A stretch of DNA of 32,000 bases, taken from positions 4,380,001 through 4,412,000 of the forward strand of contig OZ245049.1 of assembly GCA_965224465.1 (NCBI GenBank), written 5' to 3'. The translations under genes and the position numbers were made by a program. This DNA is from Flavobacteriaceae bacterium. GTDB taxonomy: Bacteria > Bacteroidota > Bacteroidia > Flavobacteriales > Flavobacteriaceae. Shown here piece by piece: positions 7,488-16,509 of this stretch (position 1 is the first letter of the stretch; the number at the start of each line of letters is the position of its first letter). The notes beneath the pieces were generated by a model that had not been told where the DNA came from, did no database searches, and saw nothing but the letters and a program-made list of their open reading frames with translations.

Positions 7488-9629
7488 ATGAAATTTTTAA
7501 AAGTACTCGTTTTTTTTATCACCTTTAGTGCTGTAGCACAAGAGAATGGAGGGATGTGGATTCCTTCTTTGCTGGATGGATTCAATGAAGCAGAAATGCA
7601 AGACATGGGGATGAAAATGTCTGCCAAGGATATTTATGATGTGAATAATTCTAGTTTAAAAGATGCCATTGTACATTTTGATGGTGGTTGTACATCGGAA
7701 GTTATTTCTAATTCGGGATTATTATTAACAAATCATCATTGTGGATATCGTAGAATTCAACAACACTCAAGTGTAGATCACGATTATTTGAAAGATGGTT
7801 TCTGGGCAAAGGAACTGGGTGACGAGTTAGTAAACGAAGGGATGGCTGTAACGTTTATCAAACGTATAGACGATGTAACGGATGCCGTTTTTGAGGGGAT
7901 TACCGAAGGAATGGACGCAAAATCTAAAAGAGATTTGATAAGTCAAAACATCGAAAAAGCTCAAAAAAACGCTCAAAAAGAAGCCACGGAATCTGTTTAT
8001 GTGAAATCTTTTTTTAAAGGAAATCAATATTTGTTATTTGTAGTTGAGGTATTTAAAGATATTCGTTTGGTAGGAGCACCGCCATCATCTATTGGTAAAT
8101 ATGGAAAAGATACTGATAACTGGATGTGGCCGAGACATACAGGTGATTTTTCACTTTTTAGAATCTACGCAACAAAAGATAATAAACCTGCGGAATACGC
8201 AGCAGACAATGTTCCTTATACACCAAGACACTTTTTACCAATCTCTATGGACGGTGTAGAAGAAGGAGATTTTAGTTTAATTTTTGGATTCCCAGGGCGT
8301 ACCAACGAGTATTTACCTGCGGTAGCTATTGATCAAACAGTAAACGTGTTAAATCCTGCTAAAATTGAGATTCGTGCAAACGCTATTAAAATTGTAGATG
8401 AATTTATGCGAAAGGATCAAGCGATAAAAATTCAATATGCTTCTAAGTTTGCAGGAGTCGCTAATTATTGGAAAAAATGGATCGGAGAAAATACTGGAAT
8501 TAAAAAAGCAAATGCGATTGCAAAAAAAAGAGTATTTGAAAAGGAATTTTCTAAAAGAGTCGCAGCTAAAGATATAGAAGGGTATAAGACATTGTTGTCG
8601 GATTTTGAAACGTTATACAAACAAATTGAAGAAGTAGCACTTGCTAGAGATTACTGGGTAGAGGTTGTGTATCGCAATGTAGAAATGTTAAAAGCTACAT
8701 TTCGTTTGTATCAATTAGAACAAGCCTATGTTAGAGGAGGAGAAGTAGGATTTGAAAAAGCAAGAACAGCTACGTTAAAAGGATTTGAAAAATTCTACAA
8801 GGATTATAGTCCAATAGTAGACAAGCCTGTATTTGAGAAGTTGGTATCCTTATATAAAAATAAGGTGCCGAGTGAATTTGTTCCTGAAAGCGTAAAAAAC
8901 GCAAATATAGTGGCAGTAACAAATGATGTGTTTGCAAATTCTAGATTGCTAAGTTTAGAAGGTGCAAAAGACTTATTGTCTGGAACGGCAGAAGAGGTGA
9001 TGGCTAAGATCAAAGCTGATAAAGCATTTGCTTTTGGTAAAGGATTTCACGAAATGTTCTTTAATGTTATCAATCCAAAATACGGTCAGATAAACGAGAA
9101 AATTGCAGCTACTCAAAAAACATATATGAAAGCATTGATGGAGTTGTTTCCAGAGAAAAAATTCTTTCCAGACGCCAATAGTACTTTGAGAGTTTCTTAC
9201 GGAACTATTCGTAGTACAGATCCTAGAGACGGTGTTACCTATAAATCTAAAACATATTTAGAAGGTGTTATTGCAAAATACAAACCAAATGATTATGAAT
9301 TTGATTTACCTCAAAAATTAATAGACCTTTATAATGCAAAGGATTATGGACCGTATGCAGAATCAAATGGGAAGCTGCCAGTTTGTTTCTTAGGAACAAA
9401 TCACATTACAGGAGGGAATTCTGGAAGTCCAGTAATTGATGCTCATGGTAATTTAATTGGATTGGCATTTGACAGTTCTTGGGAAGGAACTATGTCGGAT
9501 ATGTATTATGATGTAGATATCGTTCGCTGTATCAGTGTTGATATTCGCTATGTCTTGTTTATCATGGATAAATTTGCAGGTGCAGATAGATTGATGAAAG
9601 AACTTAAATTAGTGCATCCAAAGAAATAA
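7488..9629 (+). CDS. S46 family dipeptidyl-peptidase (DPP7/DPP11 family), secreted or periplasmic
   Basis: 713 aa. Signal peptide MKFLKVLVFFITFSAVAQE, GGMWIPSLL start of the mature protein, catalytic His context LLLTNHHCG, catalytic Ser context TGGNSGSPVID (S645). Confidence 0.95.
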   Translation: MKFLKVLVFFITFSAVAQENGGMWIPSLLDGFNEAEMQDMGMKMSAKDIYDVNNSSLKDAIVHFDGGCTSEVISNSGLLLTNHHCGYRRIQQHSSVDHDYLKDGFWAKELGDELVNEGMAVTFIKRIDDVTDAVFEGITEGMDAKSKRDLISQNIEKAQKNAQKEATESVYVKSFFKGNQYLLFVVEVFKDIRLVGAPPSSIGKYGKDTDNWMWPRHTGDFSLFRIYATKDNKPAEYAADNVPYTPRHFLPISMDGVEEGDFSLIFGFPGRTNEYLPAVAIDQTVNVLNPAKIEIRANAIKIVDEFMRKDQAIKIQYASKFAGVANYWKKWIGENTGIKKANAIAKKRVFEKEFSKRVAAKDIEGYKTLLSDFETLYKQIEEVALARDYWVEVVYRNVEMLKATFRLYQLEQAYVRGGEVGFEKARTATLKGFEKFYKDYSPIVDKPVFEKLVSLYKNKVPSEFVPESVKNANIVAVTNDVFANSRLLSLEGAKDLLSGTAEEVMAKIKADKAFAFGKGFHEMFFNVINPKYGQINEKIAATQKTYMKALMELFPEKKFFPDANSTLRVSYGTIRSTDPRDGVTYKSKTYLEGVIAKYKPNDYEFDLPQKLIDLYNAKDYGPYAESNGKLPVCFLGTNHITGGNSGSPVIDAHGNLIGLAFDSSWEGTMSDMYYDVDIVRCISVDIRYVLFIMDKFAGADRLMKELKLVHPKK

Positions 9630-9644
9630 GAATTCAAAAAAAGT

Positions 9645-9703
9645 AAACATCCATTAGCAACACTATATTAGAAAAGATAGCTGTCTATTGGATGTTTCTT
9701 TTT
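9645..9703 (+). terminator. Possible terminator hairpin between the two S46 genes
   Basis: aaacatccattag (9645-9657) and ctattggatgttt (9685-9697) are complementary with one mismatch. The loop is 27 nt and the hairpin is followed by cttttttat. The large loop makes this uncertain. Confidence 0.4.
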
Positions 9704-9727
9704 TATCATTTAAAAAAAATATAATAT

Positions 9728-11920
9728 ATGAAGTTTTTAAAATTGATGGCTTTTGCTACCGTACTTTTTTTAGTAGGGTGTAAAACTACACAAAGCACAC
9801 AGAGCGCTAAAACAAGCAGCATTGATGCAAAAAAGGCGCAAGGTGGGATGTGGATTCCTTCTTTATTGGAAGGGATGAATGAAGCAGAAATGCAACATTT
9901 AGGGATGAAAATGTCGGCACAGGATATTTACGACGTAAATAATTCTAGTTTAAAAGATGCCATCGTTCATTTTAATGGAGGATGTACTGCCGAGATTATT
10001 TCTTCTCAAGGCTTGTTATTGACAAATCATCACTGTGGATATGGACAAATCCAGTCTCATTCTTCCGTAGATCACGATTATTTACAAGATGGTTTTTGGG
10101 CGATGAACAAATCCGAAGAATTAACAAACCCAGGGATGACGGTTACTTTTATCAATAGAATTGATGATGTGACACTACAAGTTATGGAAGGGGTCTTGGT
10201 ATCTATGGACTTGAGAACACAGCAGCGTTTGATTGATAAAAATATTTCAAAAGTAACCAAGAACGCTTCAAAAGAAGCTTGGCAAAAGGCACATGTAAAA
10301 TCTTTTTACAAAGGGAATCAATATATTTTATTTGTAACCGAGCAGTTTAAAGACATTCGTTTGGTAGGTGCGCCTCCTACATCTATTGGGAAATTTGGAT
10401 CAGATACAGATAACTGGATGTGGCCACGTCACACAGGAGATTTCTCGATGTTTAGAGTGTATGCGGACAAGAATAACCGCCCAGCAGAATATTCAAAAGA
10501 CAATGTTCCTTATACGCCAAAACACTTTTTGCCTATAAGCTTAGACGGTGTTGCTGAAAATGATTTCACATTAGTGTTCGGTTTTCCAGGGAGAACCAAC
10601 GAATATTTACCTGCCGTAGCGATTGACCAAATTGTACATGTTTTAAATCCTGCGAAAATTGACATTCGTGCCAATGCCTTAAAAATTGTAGATGGATTTA
10701 TGCGTAGTGATAAATCGATTAAGATTAAATACGCCTCTAAGTATGCTAGAGTAGCCAATTATTGGAAAAAATGGATAGGAGAGAATCAAGGAATTCAGAA
10801 GTCAAATGCTATTGCTCAAAAAGTAGCCTTGGAAACTGAGTTTTCAAAGCGTGTTGTAGCGAAAGATTTAACTGGGTATACTTCTTTGTTAAGTGATTTT
10901 GAAACCTTATATGCGGAAGTAGAAGAGGTAGCTTTGGCACGTGATTATTGGGTTGAAGTGGTGTACAGAAATGTTGAGTTATTGAATGCGTCGTTCAAAT
11001 TATATCAATTAGAAAATGCTTTTGAGCGTGGAGGTGAAGCTGGATTTAATAAGGCTAGAACTGCTACGTTAAATCGTTTTAAAGGATTTTATAAAAATTA
11101 CAGTCCAAAAGTAGATAAGCCTGTTTTTGCTAGATTGGTGCAAATGTACAAAGAAGGAATGCCTGTAGCATTTTTAAATGAGGTGTTAAAGAATGGAAAT
11201 ATTACTGAAATGGCAGATGATATTTATGCAAATTCAGCATTGGTTTCTCTTGCTAAAGTAAAAATATTATTAGAAGGTTCTCCGCAAGAAGTAATTAAAA
11301 AACTAAATGCGGATGTAGGTTATAAAGTGGGGAAAGCTTTGTCTGCAGATTTTAACAATCTAATCAATCCTAAGTTTAATGAGCTAAACATTAAAATAGC
11401 CGCTGTTCAGAAAAAATACATGAAAGCATTGATGGAGTTGTTTCCAGAAAAACGATTCTTTCCAGATGCCAATAGTACATTACGTGTAACTTATGGACAG
11501 GTAAAAGGGTATGATCCAGTGGATGGTGTTTCTTATGGGAATACAACTTATTTAGGAGGCGTTATGGAGAAATTTGTTCCTGGTGATTATGAGTTTGATG
11601 TGCCGAAAAAATTACAAGAATTGTACAAATCTAAAGACTTTGGGCAGTATGGTGTAAACGGAAAAATGCCAGTGTGTTTTATAGGAACAAATCATACCAC
11701 TGGAGGTAATTCAGGAAGTCCGGCTATAGATGCTCATGGAAACTTAATTGGATTAAATTTTGACCGTGTTTGGGAAGGGACTATGAGCGATTTAAATTAC
11801 GATGCAGCTATCTGTCGCAATATTATGGTGGATGTACGTTATGTATTGTTTATTGTAGATAAATTTGCAGGAGCTAGTCATTTAATTGATGAAATGAAAT
11901 TAGTGCACCCTAAGAAGTAG
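9728..11920 (+). CDS. S46 family dipeptidyl-peptidase paralogue, predicted lipoprotein
   Basis: 730 aa, collinear and highly similar to the upstream gene. Lipobox FLVGC plus a linker of about 20 aa before GGMWIPSLL. Also has LLLTNHHCG and TGGNSGSPAID (S662). Confidence 0.95.
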   Translation: MKFLKLMAFATVLFLVGCKTTQSTQSAKTSSIDAKKAQGGMWIPSLLEGMNEAEMQHLGMKMSAQDIYDVNNSSLKDAIVHFNGGCTAEIISSQGLLLTNHHCGYGQIQSHSSVDHDYLQDGFWAMNKSEELTNPGMTVTFINRIDDVTLQVMEGVLVSMDLRTQQRLIDKNISKVTKNASKEAWQKAHVKSFYKGNQYILFVTEQFKDIRLVGAPPTSIGKFGSDTDNWMWPRHTGDFSMFRVYADKNNRPAEYSKDNVPYTPKHFLPISLDGVAENDFTLVFGFPGRTNEYLPAVAIDQIVHVLNPAKIDIRANALKIVDGFMRSDKSIKIKYASKYARVANYWKKWIGENQGIQKSNAIAQKVALETEFSKRVVAKDLTGYTSLLSDFETLYAEVEEVALARDYWVEVVYRNVELLNASFKLYQLENAFERGGEAGFNKARTATLNRFKGFYKNYSPKVDKPVFARLVQMYKEGMPVAFLNEVLKNGNITEMADDIYANSALVSLAKVKILLEGSPQEVIKKLNADVGYKVGKALSADFNNLINPKFNELNIKIAAVQKKYMKALMELFPEKRFFPDANSTLRVTYGQVKGYDPVDGVSYGNTTYLGGVMEKFVPGDYEFDVPKKLQELYKSKDFGQYGVNGKMPVCFIGTNHTTGGNSGSPAIDAHGNLIGLNFDRVWEGTMSDLNYDAAICRNIMVDVRYVLFIVDKFAGASHLIDEMKLVHPKK

Positions 11921-11936
11921 TTTCGTTTACGGAATA

Positions 11937-11979
11937 GAAAAAGCCCTAGCTACGTTGTGTAGCTAGGGCTTTTTGTTTT
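11937..11979. terminator. Bidirectional rho-independent terminator (S46 paralogue 2 / fabH)
   Basis: Perfect 11-bp stem agccctagcta (11942-11952) / tagctagggct (11960-11970) with a 7-nt loop. A T-run follows on the plus strand and an A-run precedes it, which is a T-run on the minus strand. Confidence 0.85.
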
Positions 11980-12050
11980 AATATTGGTATTGATTGTGGT
12001 TTAATAATTGTTTTGCTCTAATGCTGGGCTAACAATTATATACAAGTTTT

Positions 12051-13058
12051 TTACCATCTAATAATCACACTTCCCCATGTAAATCCACTACCAAAGGCAG
12101 CCAATACAATAAGGTCGTTGTCTTTTATTTTTCCTTTTTCAAAGGCTTCACTTAAGGCGATAATTACAGAAGCAGCGGTTGTGTTACCGTAGTTCATGAT
12201 GTTATTGTATACTTGATCGTCTTCTAATTTGAATTTTCGTTGGATAAATTGAGCAATACGAAGATTTGCTTGATGTGGTACTAATAAGTTAATATCACAA
12301 ACTTCAAGGTTGTTGGCTTGCAATCCTTCCATAATGGCTTCAGAAAAACGAACTACCGCATGTTTAAATACAAAAGTACCATTCATGTATGGGAAGTAAG
12401 ACTCGTCGTCTTTATTGTTTTCTTTTAAGATTTCAGTTACCCATCGTTTACTACTAGGGCCTTCTACAATCAATTCTTTTGCGTGTTTTCCTTCGGAGTG
12501 TAAATGTGTAGATAAAATTCCTTTGGTATTGTCTTCTGTTCTTGATAATACGGCAGCTCCTGCTCCATCTCCAAAAATCACAGAAACACCTCTACCGCGT
12601 GTTGTTAAGTCCAGTCCAGAGGAGTGCCATTCAGATCCTACAACAAGAATGTTTTTGTACATACCTGTTTTTATAAATTGATCGGCAACGGAAAGTGCAT
12701 AGATAAAACCAGAACATTGATTGCGTACATCTAAGGCTCCGATGGTTTTCATTCCAAGCATTTCTTGCAGTTCAACTCCTCCTCCAGGGAAGTAATTGTC
12801 AGGGCTTAAAGTGGCAAAAACTATAAAGTCAATGTCATCACTTGTCAGTCCCGCTTTTTCTATAGCAATTCGAGCAGCTTTCGCTCCCATAACAGAGGTG
12901 GTATCATCACTTCCTGGCTTTATCCATCGTCTTTCCTTAATACCAGTTCTTTCCTGAATCCACGCATCATTAGTGTCCATTAATTCAGATAAATCGTTGT
13001 TTGTAACGATGTTATCAGGGACATAATAACCTAGTCCAGTTATTTTCGAATTATACAT
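12051..13058 (-). CDS. fabH: Beta-ketoacyl-ACP synthase III
   Basis: 335 aa. ITGLGYYVPDNIVTNNDL..WIQERTGIKERRW, active-site Cys context RNQCSGFIYAL, His context VPHQANLRI, Asn context YGNTTAASV. Confidence 0.93.
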   Translation of the reverse strand: MYNSKITGLGYYVPDNIVTNNDLSELMDTNDAWIQERTGIKERRWIKPGSDDTTSVMGAKAARIAIEKAGLTSDDIDFIVFATLSPDNYFPGGGVELQEMLGMKTIGALDVRNQCSGFIYALSVADQFIKTGMYKNILVVGSEWHSSGLDLTTRGRGVSVIFGDGAGAAVLSRTEDNTKGILSTHLHSEGKHAKELIVEGPSSKRWVTEILKENNKDDESYFPYMNGTFVFKHAVVRFSEAIMEGLQANNLEVCDINLLVPHQANLRIAQFIQRKFKLEDDQVYNNIMNYGNTTAASVIIALSEAFEKGKIKDNDLIVLAAFGSGFTWGSVIIRW

Positions 13059-13204
13059 AAAGTTAAATTTTTTGATATATTTTATGTAAAATTACTAAAA
13101 TTCGATAGGGCGTACAACTTAAATTTTACGATTCTGCAAAACAAACGTTTCTGTAACATTTATTGTTCAGGTTGTTTAAATTAAATGATGAGCAAAAATC
13201 AATA

Positions 13205-13396
13205 GCCTCGATCCAAGGGGGCGAGGGATACTTCCAAATGATTATTTTCTGTTTTATGGCTGAACCTAGGAGAATTATTTTTTGTTTTAGCTAGGTTGAA
13301 AACCTAAGGATGGTCTTAGATATCGTTTTGATTTTCAATAACGCTAGAACCTAAAATAAACTATTTATATCGGTTGTTTGGGGTTGTAGTTGGTAT
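13205..13396 (+). repeat. Interspersed intergenic repeat, long form
   Basis: agcctcgatccaagggggcgagggatacttccaaatgattatttt...gctaggttgaaaacctaaggatggtcttagatatcg..aataacgctagaacctaaaataaactatttatatcggttgtttggggttgtagttggtatt. Collinear with the reverse complement of 3531-3725 and with the cores at 16381 and 27526. Confidence 0.8.
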
Positions 13397-13519
13397 TAAA
13401 CCCTTAATGAGGGGTTGGGTGTTCCTTTTAAGTAGCACATTGGGGGGTGTGTGGGTTTTTTAAAAAAGCTATATTAAAATGAGTTTTGAATAGGAGCTCT
13501 TTTTTTTTAGAGGTTTGAT

Positions 13520-14206
13520 TTAGTATAGTTTATAAACGTCTTCTAATTTTTTTCTTTTGATATCTGGTACAAAAACATCTTTGGCAGGATAGCCAATGGG
13601 AAGTAATAAAAAAGCACGTTCGTTGCTAGGTCTGTCTAAAATTTTCTCCAAGAATCGCATGGGGTTTGGAGTGTGAGTAAGGGTGACTAGTCCTGCATTA
13701 TGAATGGCAGAAATTAAGAAACCACATGCCAATCCAACCGATTCGTTGACATAATAGTTTTGTTTTTTTTCTCCGTTAGCATCTACTTCGTATGGTTTTT
13801 TAAATACGACAATAAGGTAGGGAGCAGTTTCTAAAAAAGGTTTGTCAGCATTGGTTCCAAGAGGTGCTAAATCTCTGATCCAACTGTCATTCATACGTTT
13901 GGTATAGCTTTTTTCTTCTTCGGCTTCTGCAGCTTCTCTTATTTTTAGTTTAATTCGGGGACTTTGAATTAAGCAAAAAGTCCAAGGTTGTTTATTTGCT
14001 CCGCTGGGTGCGGTAGAAGCTGTTTTGATAAGGTTTTCTAATATTTCAATAGGAATTAGTTTGTCTGAAAAATGACGTATTGACCTTCGTTTATCCATAA
14101 AGTTGAAATGTGCTTTTGTTTTCTTAAGTATTTCATCTTCTGTGTATTGTTCGGGGATGTGAGTTAGGTGTTTAAAGCCATCAATTAAAATATAGTCAGT
14201 TGTCAT
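13520..14206 (-). CDS. Nitroreductase superfamily flavoprotein, iodotyrosine deiodinase (IYD)-like
   Basis: 228 aa. RRSIRHF...TASTAPSGANKQPWTF...EAEEEKSYTKRMNDSWIRDLAPLGTNADKPFLETAPYLIVVF...LLPIGYPAKDVFVPDIKRKKL runs parallel to animal IYD as I recall it. Confidence 0.85.
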   Translation of the reverse strand: MTTDYILIDGFKHLTHIPEQYTEDEILKKTKAHFNFMDKRRSIRHFSDKLIPIEILENLIKTASTAPSGANKQPWTFCLIQSPRIKLKIREAAEAEEEKSYTKRMNDSWIRDLAPLGTNADKPFLETAPYLIVVFKKPYEVDANGEKKQNYYVNESVGLACGFLISAIHNAGLVTLTHTPNPMRFLEKILDRPSNERAFLLLPIGYPAKDVFVPDIKRKKLEDVYKLY

Positions 14207-14364
14207 TAGCGTAATTTTTCTAAAGATAAGGAATTAATTTTAGAGGATTCTAATTAAAGGAGGCTCTTTTTGTTGATATTCTGCCATCTTGTCATAATGT
14301 GTGGTTTGGTATTTTTTTTGACTATGATTTGGTATATCAATATAAAAACTAAAAAAAAATATAT

Positions 14365-16245
14365 ATGGCAACAGGAAACATTAATGTAACGGCAGAAAAT
14401 ATATTCCCGATTATAAAAAAATTCTTGTATTCGGATCACGAGATATTTTTGCGTGAGTTAATTTCGAATGCAACCGATGCAACTTTAAAATTAAAACACC
14501 TGTCTACTTTAGGTGAGGTAAAAGGAGATATTGGAACTCCAATGTTAGAGGTGAAAGTAGATAAAGAGGCTAAAGAAATACGCATTATCGACCAAGGAAT
14601 TGGGATGACGGGAGAAGAAGTTGAGAAATACATCAACCAAGTAGCATTTTCTGGAGCAGAGGAATTTGTAGAGAAATACAAAGATGCAGAAACAGGAATT
14701 ATTGGTCATTTTGGTCTTGGTTTTTATTCTGCTTTTATGGTAGCTGAAAAGGTAGAGATTTTTACAAAATCATTCAAAGAAGGATCTCAGGCAGTGCGAT
14801 GGGAATGTGATGGAAGTCCTAAATATACTTTAGAAGATACAGAAAGAACAGAAAGAGGAACAGAGATTGTATTGCATATTGATGAAGATTCATTAGAGTT
14901 TTTAGAAGAAGGACGTATCAATGAGTTGTTGAGTAAATACAATAAGTTTATGCCTATTCCAATTAAATTTGGAACAAAAACAGAAACCTTGCCTTTACCA
15001 AAGGATGCTGATAAAGATGCTAAAGCCGAAGAAATTACAGTAGATAATATTGTAAATAATCCGACTCCAGCATGGACTAAAAAACCAGCTGATTTAAAGG
15101 ATGAAGATTATAAAAGCTTCTACCGTGAATTGTATCCAATGCAGTTTGAAGAGCCTTTATTTAATATTCACTTAAATGTAGATTATCCATTTAACTTAAC
15201 AGGAATTTTATACTTCCCTAAGTTAACACCTAATATGGATCCTAAAAAGGACCGCATTCAATTGTATCAAAACCAAGTATTTGTTACGGATAATGTAGAG
15301 GGGATTGTACCAGACTTTTTACAAATGTTACGTGGAGTAATTGATTCTCCAGACATTCCTTTAAACGTGTCTCGTTCTTATTTACAAACGGATGGTGCAG
15401 TGAAGAAAATTGCAAGTTATATCACTAGAAAAGTAGGTGATAAATTAGCTGGATTATTCAAAAGTGATCGTGAAGCTTATGAGAAAAAGTGGAATGATAT
15501 TAAGATGATCATCGAGTATGGTATGTTAACAGAAGACAAATTCTTTGAGAAATCAGAAAAATTTGCTTTATACCCAACGGTAGATGATACCTTCTTTACC
15601 TATGCAGAATTAGAAGAGAAAATCAAAGCCAACCAAACCGATAAGGATGGTAAAATGGTAGTATTGTATGCTTCTGATGTAAAAGGACAACACAGTTTTA
15701 TCCAGTCTGCTAAAGACAAAGGATACCAAGTATTATTATTAGATACTCAGATTGCACCGCACTTAATTCAAAAATTAGAAGGGGCAAAGGAGAATGTAAT
15801 GTTTGTACGTGTGGATTCGGATCATATTGATAATTTGATTAAAAAAGACGAGGATGTTATTTCTAAGTTGAGTGATGAAGAAAAAGAAACATTAAAGCCT
15901 ATAATTGAGGCAAATGTTCCTAAAGAATCTTATACAGTTCAATTAGAAGCAATGGATTCTGCAGCCAATCCATTTATGATTACACAACCAGAATTTATGC
16001 GTCGTATGAAAGATATGCAAGCTACAGGTGGTGGAATGATGGGAATGGGGAATTTTCCTGATATGTACAACTTGGTTGTGAATACCAACAATCCTTTAGT
16101 AAGTGAAATTTTATCTTCTAAAGATGAAGAGCTTCAAAAACGATTGATTACACAAGCATTTGACTTAGCAAAATTATCTCAGAATTTATTACAAGGTGAA
16201 GACTTAACAAACTTTATCAAACGTAGTTTCGAAATGATAAAATAA
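14365..16245 (+). CDS. htpG: Molecular chaperone HtpG (Hsp90 family)
   Basis: 626 aa. N-terminal GHKL ATPase motifs FLRELISNATDA, IDQGIGMT and IGHFGLGFYSAFMVA. Length and organisation match bacterial HtpG. Confidence 0.97.
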   Translation: MATGNINVTAENIFPIIKKFLYSDHEIFLRELISNATDATLKLKHLSTLGEVKGDIGTPMLEVKVDKEAKEIRIIDQGIGMTGEEVEKYINQVAFSGAEEFVEKYKDAETGIIGHFGLGFYSAFMVAEKVEIFTKSFKEGSQAVRWECDGSPKYTLEDTERTERGTEIVLHIDEDSLEFLEEGRINELLSKYNKFMPIPIKFGTKTETLPLPKDADKDAKAEEITVDNIVNNPTPAWTKKPADLKDEDYKSFYRELYPMQFEEPLFNIHLNVDYPFNLTGILYFPKLTPNMDPKKDRIQLYQNQVFVTDNVEGIVPDFLQMLRGVIDSPDIPLNVSRSYLQTDGAVKKIASYITRKVGDKLAGLFKSDREAYEKKWNDIKMIIEYGMLTEDKFFEKSEKFALYPTVDDTFFTYAELEEKIKANQTDKDGKMVVLYASDVKGQHSFIQSAKDKGYQVLLLDTQIAPHLIQKLEGAKENVMFVRVDSDHIDNLIKKDEDVISKLSDEEKETLKPIIEANVPKESYTVQLEAMDSAANPFMITQPEFMRRMKDMQATGGGMMGMGNFPDMYNLVVNTNNPLVSEILSSKDEELQKRLITQAFDLAKLSQNLLQGEDLTNFIKRSFEMIK

Positions 16246-16270
16246 GAAATCAATCTTATTGATTTTTGAG

Positions 16271-16300
16271 AAATCCACCTGTTAAAGGGTGGATTTTTTT
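16271..16300 (+). terminator. Rho-independent terminator of htpG
   Basis: aaatccacc (16271-16279) pairs with ggtggattt (16288-16296) around an 8-nt loop. The T-run continues to 16300. Confidence 0.8.
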
Positions 16301-16380
16301 GTACCTATTTTTGAGACTCAAGATGTTATTGTAGTCTTGTATTCCTGTGTTGTGCTTATTTTTTACACGATTCCCATACT

Positions 16381-16490
16381 AATACCAAATTATATTTCCA
16401 AGTGAAGGTTTAGAAATAGAATTATTTTTTAACAACGCTACAACGTAAAATAAACTATTTATATCGGCTATTTTGGGTTTTAGTTGGTGT
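16381..16490 (+). repeat. Interspersed intergenic repeat, full core copy
   Basis: aataccaaattatatttccaagtgaaggtttagaaatagaattattttttaacaacgctacaacgtaaaataaactatttatatcggctattttgggttttagttggtgt. About 5 mismatches by eye to the copy at 27526 over the central ~70 nt. Confidence 0.85.
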
Positions 16491-16509
16491 ACTATCACAA
16501 TAACTAACC

